Source: Stegostoma tigrinum (taxonomy: Eukaryota). From it: 64,000 nt of DNA. The first letter of the stretch is position 1. Each line of letters opens with the position of its first letter. Positions 13,781 to 26,349 of this stretch are shown here, piece by piece. The notes under the pieces are model-generated. The model saw only the letters and a program-made list of their open reading frames with translations, was not told the origin of the DNA and searched no databases. A program made the position numbers and the translations under genes. The stretch is taken from positions 18,810,906-18,874,905 of the forward strand of contig NC_081390.1 of the NCBI RefSeq assembly GCF_030684315.1, given 5' to 3'.

Positions 13781-14290
13781 TTGATTTTGACTGGCTTTGA
13801 ATTATTATTGTCACATGTACCTAGGTACAGTGAAACGTTTGGTTTAGTGTGCAGTATGGGCAGATCATACCACACAAAGTGGAGAAGGGGCTCTAGGCCC
13901 GAAACGTTAGCTTTTGTGCTCCTGAGATGCTGCTGGGTCTGCTGTGTTCATCCAGCTTCACACTTTATTATCGAGGAATATAATGTTACAGCACAAAGAG
14001 CAAGATCAGCATCAAATTTGAAATTTGGGAGGTCCATTCAGAAGTCTAATAACAACAGGGAAGAAGCTGTTCTTAAACCTGTTGGGAGATGTGTTTATGC
14101 TTTTGTATCTTTTGCCAGAGGGAAGAGGTTGAAAGAGATTATAACGTGGGTGGGAGGGGTTTCTGTTGGCTGCCCTTCTGAGGCAGGGAGAAGTATAGAT
14201 GAAGTCAATGGATGGAAGGCTGGATTAGACTGGAGTTTGTAACGTCCTGGTCAGAGCAGTCGCTGAAACACGCTGTGATGCATCTGTTTT
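13781..14290 (-). mobile_element. Probable Rex1/Babar-like LINE 3' fragment interrupted by a PLE family A fragment (~13880-13972)
   Basis: TTATTGTCACATGTACC…ACAGTGAAA and GGAAGAAGCTGTTCTTAAACCTG…CTTTTGTATCTTTTGCC resemble antisense Rex1 ends from memory; the internal CTAGGCCCGAAACGTTAGCTTTTGTGCTCCTGAGATGC is clearly family A. Confidence 0.4.
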
Positions 14291-14569
14291 TGTTTAAGGT
14301 CCCCAGCTTGTTTGTTTTGTTTCAGTGTTATACAAAGGGGCATAGTTTGAGTGAAATGCTACCGCAATTTTTCTACTCTAGAACACCAATTTGATAAAGA
14401 GCTTCATTGACTGTTAAGTGCTTTGGGACGTCCTCTGACTGCGCAGGTCCTTATCTCCTATTTTCTAGCAATTGTACGAATAATTTCTCTTCCGCAGCAG
14501 GATGAGATGTGAGGTTTCATCTGTAATGTAGCAACTTTTGTACGGAAGCTTGTTACAATTTTTTTTTAA

Positions 14570-14870
14570 CAGAGGCGCGCTCAAGAGAACACGACTGACA
14601 CTATGGACTGAGAATTTCCCCCCCAAATAATTACATAGCCCCTCTGAGATGACTCAGTCTTTCAAAATAAAGTCCCCGCACTTCCTTCTTCAACTTTACA
14701 ATGCAGATAATATCAAGGCTACAACTGAACAAATTCCACGTCCTCTTTTTCCACCGTCTAATTTGTTGCTTTAGCTTCTGACGTTGTGATGGGCGGGTGG
14801 TATTGAGTAGGAAGGTCAGCTGAATAGATTTACGTCTATTTTAGTATACCGAAAAAAACAGGGCGGACGA
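14570..14870 (+). promoter_or_regulatory. Putative TATA-less promoter of ANXA11
   Basis: Local CpG enrichment in non-repeat sequence (~14400-15450); GC boxes GGGCGG at 14791-14796 and 14861-14866, half-CRE TGACGT 14779-14784, AP-1 TGACTCA 14650-14656; followed by a good splice donor. Confidence 0.55.
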
Positions 14871-14925
14871 GCTAAGAAGAGGAAGAAGTCTGCGGAACTT
14901 GCTGTACGGATCAAGCGCCTTGCAG
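14870..14925 (+). other. ANXA11: Putative non-coding exon 1 of ANXA11 (start approximate)
   Basis: CAG|GTAGGT donor at 14925/14926 within the CpG-rich segment, no ATG in the putative exon; annexin genes typically have a 5' non-coding exon. Linkage to the 44-kb exon is inference. Confidence 0.5.
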
Positions 14926-16279
14926 GTAGGTGAAAATACCATCCCGATCAAAATCTGATTTGTTTTCTTTCCCGAAACAATGTATCAGTTCGTCCTCGAT
15001 GTAATTGCTCTGCTCATTCTCTCTCTCCCCGGCAAAGCACATTCGCTAAACATCGCAGCTCCTGGTTTGAAACGGATTATGGTTGTGCTGGGGTGGGACA
15101 GGGGTGTGTTTGGTTGGGGTGCTGGTATGGGGATCGATGCTGGCGTGAATCTATATCCCAGTGATTAAAAGACGCTTGAAACTCACAAGGAGCAAGGAGA
15201 TGGGCAACTTGCCAGCTCTCCTGTTCCCTTGCAGTTTCTTTTTATGATGACCATCGCCCGTTTGAAGCCTTTCCTTTTTTTAAGTATCTAGTGTGGCGAC
15301 ACTTTCTCTGAAAGCAATGCCTATCACTTAATTTCTGATTTCAGGAAAGCCAATTGATTACATCGTCTAGTGTCGACTGATCGACTTGAGAGTCCTGCAG
15401 TTCTCCTGAACAGTAAACCGCAAGCGTGTGTATCTGTGTAAAACTGTTGATTGTTTTCCCCTCATATTCTGGTCCAGTCTTGAGAATGCATTCTACTTGG
15501 CACAGAAATGATGAGCGTGTTTTAGAGAAAAAAAATCTATCAACCTATTTAGACGTCTGACAGTTCTGTAGCCATTGAATCTTAAAGTGATAATTGAAGC
15601 CTTGTGGTCTAGAAATAGGAGCACTAACAATTTGTTACAAGATGCTCAAGTCTTTTTTAATGACAATATTAGCTAATATTAATAATAATATTAGATAATA
15701 TCAGAGGGGAATCTTGAACATGATCACATTTACCATCTTCTGGGTATTAAGGAGTGGGTCTGGTCTCCTGTTTTAATTTTTAGCAAAGTTATAGATTTTT
15801 TAAAAAAAACTCGCCTCTTTTGACATGTCATGACGCACCTCTGGAGCAGATGGGACTTGAACCTGGATGTTTTTTGGCTAGAAGCAGGAATGCTACCACT
15901 CTGCAACAAGAGCTTCAAGCACATGTTATAAGACAATATGAATCTTTTGAAGGGGATGTGACAAATTGCGCAGCTCAAACAGCCTGTGTAAGCATACCCA
16001 GCACCTTCAGGGTGTTAAGGTGTAGTTCTGCCCTACTGCTTTCATTTAAACAAGTTATTGAATGGAATTATCAGCTTCACCTCACATTGAATGGGATGAA
16101 TCATTTATAAAATACTGGATTAGCCTCAATTTCCTTCAGTCCCAGTTAGCCCAGCATTTGTTGTGCGTCCCTAGTTGTCCTTTCAAAGGCTTGTTAAGAG
16201 TCATCTATGTTCCTATGGGCCTGGAGTCACATGTAGGCCAGACCCAGGTAAGGACAGTTGAGTTGTTGCCCAAAAGGAC

Positions 16280-16730
16280 ATTTTCCAGGGTTGGAGGGTT
16301 TGAGCCACAGGGAGACGCTGAACAGGCTGGGGCTATTTTCCCTGGAGCATCAGAGGCTGAGGGTGACCTTATAGAGTTTGTAAAATCATGAAGGGCGTGG
16401 ATAGCTGAATAGCTAAAGTCTTTTCCCCAGGGTAGCGGAGTCCAAAACTGGAGGGCACAGGTTTCAGGTGAGGGGGCAAAGATTTATAAGGGACAACATT
16501 TTCATGCAGAGGGTGGTGCATGTGTGGAATGAGCTGCCAGTGGAAGTGGTGGAGGCTGGCACCATTACAATATTTAAAAGGCATCTAGATAGTTATATGA
16601 ATAAGAAGAGTTTAGATGGATATGGGCCAACTGTTGGCAAATGGGACTAGATTAATCTGGAATATCTAGTCAGCATGGATGATTTGGACCGTAGGCTCTG
16701 TATCTGTGCTGTACATTTCTATGCCTCTAC
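16280..16730 (+). mobile_element. CR1/HER1 LINE 3' fragment
   Basis: …CAGAGGCTGAGGGTGACCTTATAGAG…; ORF FMQRVVHVWNELPVEVVEAGTITIFKRHLD; same tail as 10100-10285. Confidence 0.85.
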
Positions 16731-17129
16731 CAAACAATAGTGCTTCCAATTCTGGGCACCATATTTTAAGAAGAATATGAACCTTTTGGCGAGACTGTAG
16801 AAAAGATGTATAAGAGGATATTACAGGGATAGATTGGAGAAACTGGACCAGCTTCCTCTTGAGAAGGGAAGATCAAGAGGAGATTTGTTAGAAGTGTTCA
16901 CAGTCATGATGGTGTCAAGATAATGGCCATTATTGGCAGAAGACTTAACAACCAATGAAAGGCAAAAGAATCAAAGCCAAATTGGGATGGTAAACCTTTT
17001 TATTCCACGAGGTTTGTTGTATCTGGATTGTGATCCCTGAAAAGGTGATGGAGACCAATGCAATCAGAGCTTTTGAAGGGGATTGAATAAGCAACGGGAC
17101 AATAGATGTAGGCAGTTCTGTTTAGTGCC

Positions 17130-17290
17130 AACAACAGAAATTGTTGGAAAAAGCCAGTAGGTTCTAAAGAATGGTCACTGGATCCGAAACGTTAAACTCT
17201 GATTTCTCTCCACGGATGTGACTGCTCCCGTTGAGCTTTTCCGTCAATTTCTGTTTTGGTTTCTGATTTCCAGCATCCACAGTTCTTTAA
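17130..17290. mobile_element. Short PLE-like family C, partly inverted pair
   Basis: AACAGAAATTGTTGGAAAAAGC … GCTTTTCCGTCAATTTCTGTT; core GTTCTAAAGAATGGTCACTGGATCCGAAACGTTAAACTCT. Confidence 0.6.
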
Positions 17291-20200
17291 ATTTGTAGTT
17301 TTCCTTAGTGCCCTGGCCAATACCTATTCCTCTAGCAATATCACACAAATAGATTACCTGCTGTGCATATTACTGCTGCTTGTGAGAGCTCGCTGTGGAC
17401 AGGAAACATTTGGATGGTTGAGTATAAGGGCTGGGAGTCAGATGAACCGAACTGTACTTGCAAAGTTCAAACATAACCTTGATGAGTTGAATAGCCTCTT
17501 TCAATGCTGTTACCATTCTGTTATTACCTTTGTTTATCCGTGGAATATTGCTGTATTTCAAGGATTACTTATAATTGGAAATAAAATACTTTCGTACTCC
17601 TAAGTCTGACCTTTTAAAGGTTAGAAGGTAGATAGTTTTGTTCAAAAGAACTGGTTAGGACCAGTGCAGCTTGTTCTTGCCTCTGCTCAGAGCTGGTATG
17701 AACAAGTTCAAAGCCAAGCTGCAAACATTAAGGCAATAAACCAAGAACCAATTGCCAGGTAGACGATTCATGTTGTAGAATATGTTTTGAAAAGCATCGC
17801 TTTCAGTGTTGGTCTGAAATGTTAGGCTCTGTTGAAAGAAGCACAGCTGAATGTTAACAGAAACTACGTCAGCCAAGACCTTCCTTCATAGAAGCTCTCA
17901 TGGCCATTCAGCTCTGGTGTGAAGCTCTGCAGCTCATGTCTTGAGATTCCATTGCTTACAGTTTACTTTGTGCCTCCTTCTAGTGTATGTACATTAGACT
18001 GTGAGGGCTGTTCTCACAATGTGGCTGCAATTGGAAATTCTCTTCCCTCAGGCTCATATCACAGACTATCAATGTCTTCTGTATGGGACCAGATTTACCT
18101 TTTTTTAAGACATTTAATTTTTGTGTGTTTTTAAAGATCAAGAGAAACTATATGAGCTGGAAGAGTTCTGTTATTCTGCTGAATTGCTAAAGGAAAGCAG
18201 CAGCCACATTTGGTTTCAACAGATTTGCTAAGTTGCAAGGGTCTTTTATTTTAAGCAAAACTGAAAACAGGTGAATATTGCTGGTGTGGCTGAATGTCTC
18301 CTAACATCCCCTCAGACCCAAGCTTTCAGCTAAGCAGGGACCGAGTGAGCTCTTAGACTCTGGGATTTCTCACTACTCCTTGGGCACAACATCCTTGAGG
18401 GGGAAATAAAATCAGTCGGAATTCCTATTTTTATTTAATGTATATGTCGTCACCGTGCTGGGTTATTTGGATATTGGGATGAGGACAGAACCTGCCTCCT
18501 GTCTCTACAACTCATCAGCTTGTGCATGCTCACTGTGGAACGGTACGGAAATTGTGAAATGTCTCAAAGGGATTGTGGTGTATATGGAGCTATTTTCCCC
18601 ATGGGATGATGTGTGTAGGAGGGAGGACAATTGGTACTTTGCCTGTTTATCTGACCCAACAGGAAGTATTTTTCCTGAAAATATATTTTTCATAATGTTT
18701 GTAAAAACACACCATATAACAGTTCATATTTGACATCACATAAAGTGCAAGACAGATTGTTTGTTCCAAACTAGTACTTCGAGTTGCCACATACCATTTC
18801 TTTATTCTTTCATGGGATGTGGACATAGCGGGCAAAGCTAGCACTTGTTACCAAACCCTTGACCTGGGGTTCTCTAGGCCATTTCAGAGGGCAATTAAGA
18901 ATCAAGCATTTTGGGGTGGGAATCACGTGGGTCAGACTGGGTAAACATTGTTTTTTAAAGAAATTGTGTCGCGGGATGTGGGTGTCACTGGCAGACCCAG
19001 CATTTTATTGCATAACACTAATTGCCTGGAGGGCATTTAAGGGCCAGTCACCTTTGTGGGTCTGGAGTCATGTATAGGTCAGATCAGATAAGGATGGTAT
19101 CAGATAAGGATGGTAGATTTCCTTTCCTAAAGCACATTAGTGAACCAAATGGGTTTTTTCCAAGAATCAGCAGTGGTTACATGAGTTCAAATTTAGCCAG
19201 CTGCCTCGGTGAGATTTGACCCCCCTGTACCCAGAACATTAGCCTAATGTTCTGCATTTCTAATCTAGTGACATTACCTCCTCCTCTCCGGTTTGCTTCC
19301 CTAAAGGGCATTAGTGAACCAGGGTAATTTTTATGACAAGTTATGCTAGTTTCATGGTCACCGTGACAGAGATTAGCTTCATGTTCAATATTTATAAACC
19401 TCTGTTCATGCAGTGGTGGGACTTTGACCTGTGTAGGCAAGACAGTAGCCTGGGCCCCTGCTCTGTCACTATTGCTGTCATGAGACCACTAATTTTACTG
19501 CTACTTTTTAAAATTTCTTTTAAAAAACTTGTTACTGGTCATATTTACAATGTATATGGATCTTTCATGCCAGATGTTTGCAGCTGCATATAGTCTGAAG
19601 GGTTTTACGGAGGTTCCAGCATCTTCAGTTGACTGTGGCAGGCAGGCCTTTAATGTGGCTGTTCCCTGTTGACACTTTGCAGCAGCTATTCTCCGCTTTA
19701 GTGCGGCCCTCTGCATGGAGAGGCTTCAGAAATGTGTGCATGAGAGAATCCCTTAATAAGTCGTGTCCTATCATGGTTATTAAATTGTGGTTGGCAAGAG
19801 CTTTCAGTTGTATGTTTTGTCGCTTTTGTGATATTCTGATTGCAATAATCTTTAAATAGTGGATGTAAATATTAATTTTAATGCAAATTATGGGTTCCAC
19901 AGATGTCACTCCAAGTCATGTCTTCTGATTATAGTGTCTGCGTTATAAGGTATGAAAGTTACTGGTTTAGAAAGGAGGCCATGCATGTATGTGCCACTCT
20001 GTGCCACGCATCTTGCAGTGTGTATTCCCAACGCATTTTTGGTGTTTTTCTTTTTTCCTCTCTCCATTTTTGATATCTCTCCTGAAACTTACTGTTCAGG
20101 ATGGATCCAGTATTTATTTAAGATTTGAAACTGGGGCCTGACTTACATCTATTAATTGCAATAATTTTTTGATTTGCTAATTAGACATTATTAGCATCCA

Positions 20201-20909
20201 GTGCGAAGATATTGTGATACCCAAGGATTACTGTCTCAAGGATAGCGCTCAAGCACTTGAAGATTGTTCTCCTCGCCGCCCACTATTATCGGGCATTAAA
20301 AAAGTAGTTTTTATTTCCATTGTCTTTGAATATTTATTAATTCTTTTAAAAAATTGGAATGGGAGGAAAAGAATGCTTAGTTGAGTGATTCCGATTAGAT
20401 GGGTGGATGGGCTCCATCAAACGGGTTTCTTGAAAATGCAAAATTCTGTGACCCTGTTTGAGTTTAAAGTTTTGGAAAATGAGCCTCATCATGACGTCAC
20501 AATTTGATTTGTAATACAGTACACTGAAATCTACCTGTGAAGTCACTCCCAATTCGAGGGAACTACTGTTAAAACTGCATCAGAATAAACAGTAATTTGT
20601 ATTTGTATTCAAAAGATTATTAAAATTGAGTTGTTAAATAACAGCACATTTATATTGTGATTAGTAATTGAAATGGAAATGTTTTGAGTCTGTAGGAGTA
20701 ACAAAATCTTCCTGTGCAGAAATTTGTTAATGATTGAAGACAGAATGTTTTTCTTTTCATAAAATTTTAGTAGTTTAAAAAATAGACCTATAAAATGAAA
20801 GATCAACACTGAAAGATAATTGACCCACAAAATGCAAATGTTGAGCAATATATGCAATGATTTCTGGCAGCCCAGTTCATAGACTAGTAATGAGACAACA
20901 TGGGATAAA

Positions 20910-21246
20910 GATCATTGGAGCCCTAGAATGCAGAAAGAGGCCATTCAGATCATCAAGTCTGCACTGACTCACTGAAGAGCATCCCACCATACCCCATCCC
21001 TGTAACACTACCTGGTGGTTTTTATCATGGCTAACCCAACTCATCTGCACATCCCTTGTCACTGTGGACAATTTTTTTTAAGCATGGCCAATCCACCTAA
21101 CTTGTACTTCTTTTGGACTGTGGGAGGAGATCGGGACACCCGGAGGAAACCCACGCAGACACTGAGAGAGTGTGCAAACTCCACACCGAGGGTTGACTGA
21201 GGTTGGAATTAAACCTGGGTGGCCCTGACACTGTGCACTGCCACTG
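20910..21246 (-). mobile_element. HE1-like tRNA-derived SINE
   Basis: Reverse complement of the 57266-57578 copy (GGAGGAAACCCACGCAGACAC…GTGCAAACTCCACAC). Confidence 0.8.
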
Positions 21247-21715
21247 CAAAAATACCGAACATATCCCTTACTCCCATTCTAAACACCGGCTCTAACAATG
21301 AGAATGGAAAAATACTTAAATCACCAAACGAAGAAAATAAAACAGCCATTACGATCCATCATTCTAACAATGTCAGAAAATATTCCAACTTCCGGAAGTG
21401 ATGTATTTTTCCCTCTGTTGAAATTCTTTCCTTATGATCCTTTGATCTGCTGGGATGTGGGAGCGTCAGGTTCAGAAAGAAATAACTAAAATTAAACCTT
21501 TCCTTGTAATGACATAAACAGAAGCAGACTCCTTTAAAATGTTCTCATGGCAAAGTAGGGTTTTTCTTTGTTCTCTCTCTGGTGCCGACCAAGAAAAAGA
21601 AGCCCTTCTAATGTCAGAGATAATGGGAACTGCAGATGCTGGAGACTCCAAGATAATAAAATGTGAGGCTGGATGAACACAGCAGGCCAAGCAGCATCCC
21701 AGGAGCACAAAAGCT

Positions 21716-21743
21716 GACGTTTCGGGCCTAGACCCTTCATCAG
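21716..21743 (-). ncRNA. Minimal type I hammerhead ribozyme motif (family A, mirror copy)
   Basis: Reverse complement of 22764-22791. Confidence 0.55.
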
Positions 21744-22763
21744 AGAGGGGGATGGGGGGAGGGAACTGGAATAAATAGGGAGAGAGGGGGAGGCGGACCG
21801 AAGATGGAGAGCAAAGAAGATAGGTGGAGAGGGTGTAGGTGGGGAGGTAGGGAGGGGATAGGTCAGTCCAGGGAAGACGGACAGGTCAAGGAGGTGGGAT
21901 GAGGTTAGTAGGTAGCTGGGGGTGCGGCTGGGGGTGGGAGGAAGGGATGGGTGAGAGGAAGAACCGGTTAGGGAGGCAGAGACAGGTTGGACTGGTTTTG
22001 GGATGCAGTGGGTGGGGGGGAAGAGCTGGGCTGGTTGTGTGGTGCAGTGGGGGGAGGGGATGAACTGGGCTGGTTTAGGGATGCAGTGGGGGAAGGGGAG
22101 ATTTTGAAACTGGTGAAGTCCACATTGATACCATATGGCTGCAGGGTTCCCAGGCGGAATATGAGTTGCTGTAATGCTTGGGGACCGCTTTGCAGAACAC
22201 CTCCGCTCAGTCCGCAACAAACAACTGCACCTCCCAGTCGCAAACCATTTCCACTCCCCCTCCCATTCTCTTGATGACATGTCCATCATGGGCCTCCTGC
22301 ACTGCCACAATGATGCCACCCGAAGGTTGCAGGAACAGCAACTCATATTCCGCCTGGGAACCCTGCAGCCATATGGTATCAATGTGGACTTCACCAGTTT
22401 CAAAATCTCCCCTTCCCCCACTGCATCCCTAAACCAGCCCAGTTCATCCCCTCCCCCCACTGCACCACACAACCAGCCCAGCTCTTCCCCCCCACCCACT
22501 GCATCCCAAAACCAGTCCAACCTGTCTCTGCCTCCCTAACCGGTTCTTCCTCTCACCCATCCCTTCCTCCCACCCCCAGCCGCACCCCCAGCTACCTACT
22601 AACCTCATCCCACCTCCTTGACCTGTCCGTCTTCCCTGGACTGACCTATCCCCTCCCTACCTCCCCACCTACACCCTCTCCACCTATCTTCTTTGCTCTC
22701 CATCTTCGGTCCGCCTCCCCCTCTCTCCCTATTTATTCCAGTTCCCTCCCCCCATCCCCCTCT

Positions 22764-22791
22764 CTGATGAAGGGTCTAGGCCCGAAACGTC
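22764..22791 (+). ncRNA. Minimal type I hammerhead ribozyme motif (family A)
   Basis: CTGATGA-A-GGGT-CTAG-GCCC-GAAA-CG-TC: both catalytic-core boxes, 4-bp helix II, palindromic loopless helix III (ACGT), GUC cleavage triplet; helix I only 2 bp (CT/AG). Activity untested. Confidence 0.55.
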
Positions 22792-23875
22792 AGCTTTTGT
22801 GCTCCTGGGATGCTGCTTGGCCTGCTGTGTTCATCCAGCCTCACATTTTATTATCTTGGAGCCCTTCTAATGTCTTCAGTTGTGTCAGACAGCCCTGTAG
22901 TTTCTGGCAGAACTAGGAAAGCCAAGAATCAGAATTTAATGGAGAGAAAAATATCGCTGATCATTACATTGGCTAGAAAGCAATGGGAATAGTGGGAGCT
23001 CATCAGTTTATGTGAGGCCCTGCAAGGAACCACTGTGTTACTCCAACCAATCACGTCACCCTAATGGACATCTGTTTTTGTCCAGGACAAGGTGGTTCAT
23101 TATCTAACTTTAGGAGCACAACAGGGGATATATACTATGTGAGTCATGGGTGGCTTGTAGAATCCCAAAATTGTGATCGCGTGGAAGGAGGCCATTCAGC
23201 CCATGAAAACTAAACCAGTTCTAATACCCAGTGCTAGTTTTCTGCCTTTTACTCCTATCCCTTCATGCCATCTGATTATCTGACGCCCTCTTGATGCTTT
23301 GATCGTGGATCAACTTTACCTTTGATATTCCAGAGGAGGTGGATTTCTGGCCTGGAATGGATGCTTGGGTATTTCAGTGAAGAAAATTGCCACCATCGCA
23401 AATACGTTTTGGTTCATCCAGTAAATCATGGAAGAATGTTGGAATCAGTCCCAAATCAATCCCCTCCGATTCTGTTTATTTCTCTTAAGCAAGTATCTCA
23501 TTGAAATAATCTTTTAGCTTTAGTTTTGGTCTGTACGCAGTCAATGGACTGAGCAGTGTTTTTGTGAAACACAAAGATCAGGCAAGTTCCAGGTTTGACC
23601 TGGGCAGTACTGGCCTCAGCTGGGGATGCAATCGACTATTGTGTGTGACCTTGGTGTCTCTGCATGTGCATCGAGAAGCAGAGGGAAAAAAAAACCCAGC
23701 CAGGTCTCCTCTGTGAGCTTCCAATCAAAGTGAATCAAAACCTCACCCTGGCATTTTGCATGCATCATTCTTGTATGAAGAATGTTTCACAAGCTCTGTA
23801 CCTGTGCCCTCTTGTTGATTCCTCGTTCTTTCAGCTCTCCTCTCCTCACAACGCTGCGAGCCTACACTCTGGCAT

Positions 23876-24050
23876 AAAGACCGAAAGAACTGCGGATGCT
23901 GTAAATCAGGAGCAAAAACAAAGTTGTTGGAAGAGCTCAGCAGGTCTGGCAGCACCTGTGAAGGAAAAATCAGAGTTAACATTTTTGAGGAAGGGTCACC
24001 AGACCCGATGTGTTAACTTTGATTTTTCCTTCACAGATGCTGCCAGGCCT
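23876..24050. mobile_element. Short PLE-like family C hairpin
   Basis: CTGGCAGCACCTGTGAAGGAAAAATCAGAGTTAACA … TGTTAACTTTGATTTTTCCTTCACAGATGCTGCCAG are reverse complements; degenerate flanking repeat CTACACTCTGG (23862-23872)/CTATACTCTGG (24055-24065). Confidence 0.7.
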
Positions 24051-26349
24051 GCATCTATACTCTGGAATTACCTCATTCTTTCAGAGTCTATTTAGTGAAA
24101 TATGATCAACCCTTCCAAATGCTTCATCTGTTTTTCAGGAGTGCATGACCTTTACAATGATACTTGGTGGCCAACAGATTTTGCTATAATGCAGCCCTGG
24201 TAATGATACCTTTTTAAGGTTTTGTTCAGGTAACATCAGGAAGCATCTCTGTCCTTGCAGAGTAGTGGGATCTGGGCCAACCTCTCCTGAAAAATTATAG
24301 AAGATAGATGGGGCAATCAAAAATGTCAAAATTTAGAAATTCTACCAAACAGAATTCGAAGGAAGTAAGGACATGAATGGAATTAAAATATGGATCAGTC
24401 AGGTAGGTTTGTGGGTCCAAATGACTTACATTTAGTCCTATATTTCTGTGTGAGACAAGAAATAAGCTTAACACATAAATACAGGAAGTGCATGCCATTG
24501 ATGGGGAGAGTCGTTTTGCTTATTCGTCCATGGGCTGTGTGTGTCGCTGGCTGGGGCAGCATTTATTGCCTGTCACCAGTTGGCCTTGAAAAGGTGCCAA
24601 TGAGCTGCCTTTTCAAACTGTTGCCATCCTTGTGCAGTTGGTAGACTCACAATACTATTGGGAAATTCCAGTGATTTTGAGCCAGTGATACTGAAGGAGA
24701 GGCAAGATGATTCCAAATTAGAAAGGTGGAGGGGGACTTGAAGGGGGTGGTGTTCCCCTATATCTGCTGCCCTTGCCCTCCTTGATGGAGATAGTCGTGG
24801 GTTTGGAAGATGCTGCCTGAGGATCTTTGGTGAATTTCTGTAGCTAATCCTGCTGCCAGTGAGCGTCAGTGGTAGAGGGAGTGGATGCTTGTGGAAAACG
24901 TATTGTCAATATATTCCGCCTTATCTTACGAAGGACTGTAATGTTTAACTTTTAACTTTGTTTCTTTTCTTTTTCTATTTCGCACCTTAAGGTTTTGTGT
25001 CCAGGTAGATTTGTATCTAATGTGGTGCCGGGAATTTTGACATTGTAACTTATCACTGTTTTCATGTATTTCTGTACTTGAGTCCACATGGCAACAAAAT
25101 CTAATTCTAATTCATCACATGAATTCTGCTTGAAGCCAGGTCCTCAGTGCTTTGTCTGTTAACGTTTAATCCTGAACTGTTTCTCTTGGCAGTTTCTAAT
25201 TTCTGGTGATTTGCCATTGCCTTCCACCCTCAAGGGCAGAGAAAGGAGGCAGGTCTTAAGCCTACCTTGGGTGGGATGGGAATTGAACCCTTGCTTTTGG
25301 AATTATTCCGAAGCATGTTCTAATCAACTGAATGTTTCTCTCTCCCACCATGTGTAGTGTTTTTGAAAAGACGAGGGATGCTTGTTTTAACTGAACATAT
25401 ACAGAATGCTTTGCATCATCTGGATTTTTTTGTGGATGATGTTGTGTTAGCATAGGGGAAGCTCTTGCTGACTGTTTTCTTAGTGAGACGGTCAATGTCG
25501 CAAGTTGGTCCGGGGATGAAAGAACAGACCAAAACTAAACCACAGGAGGCAAGTCAGTATTTTCCGACCCTCACCACAAGCTTGCAAGGGTGAGTGGAAA
25601 TTTTGACAGATCGGGTCATTGAAGAGGCTGCATAAGTCAGACAATTGCACATTCATTCAACTCGCCATTAAGCACTGAAGTAATCCTTGTATGTTTACTT
25701 TTAATATAGCAAGTATGACTGCTGGCCAGTGTCCTGTCCCACATTTAAAAATGATTCTGCACTATAAACCCACTCTTTACATTTCCCCTAGGGCTGTGTT
25801 CATGCAGTCTCCCAATCAGCAAACAGGATTTACTCCCATTTTACCTAATGTTGTGGGAACAAACTTCTTTTTGAGTTCACGCCAGTTTTCTTTGTGGGTG
25901 ACAAAAAGATTTGGGTATGAGATGATGCTTCAATACTTAATCTAAGCCAATGGTTTTCAATATTTTCTTTCCCAGAGATCACCTGAAAATACTGAGGCAA
26001 CTCTCCCAGGAATACTGAACCGTCAATTGAAAGAGACCTGCAAATGCCCACATAATAAACCTTGCTAACATTGCAGAAAATGTCTATTAATACTCTACAG
26101 AAACAGGAAGAAGACACTCGTAGCCCAACAAAACCAGGGAAAAATATGTTGCAATTTTAGAAATTGAGAGTGTTCTTCTTTTGAGTGTGTTGGCCATGTC
26201 TGGTGATTCAAAAGTACATTACAGATCTCCTGGCACTCCTTAGCCGTTCTCCACTATCTTGGACAGAATTCCACCCTCAGCCAATACCACTGACAAACAG
26301 CTTGTCTTTATTTGAGGAGTGTATGTCTGCTGTGGCTCACTGTAAGGTT

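Larger units (their letters stand above)
21616..22861. mobile_element. Young Neptune-type PLE insertion organised as a head-to-head inverted duplication
   Basis: Arms 21646-22172 and 22335-22861 are reverse complements; + arm encodes LGDRFAEH…PVANHF…EQQLIFRLGTLQPYGINVDF (GIY-YIG C-terminus); TSD AGCCCTTCTAATGTC at 21601-21615 and 22860-22874. Confidence 0.93.

Noticed and set aside
21534-22520. 328-aa ORF
   Set aside because: Chimeric read-through across the inverted PLE junction, not a real protein.
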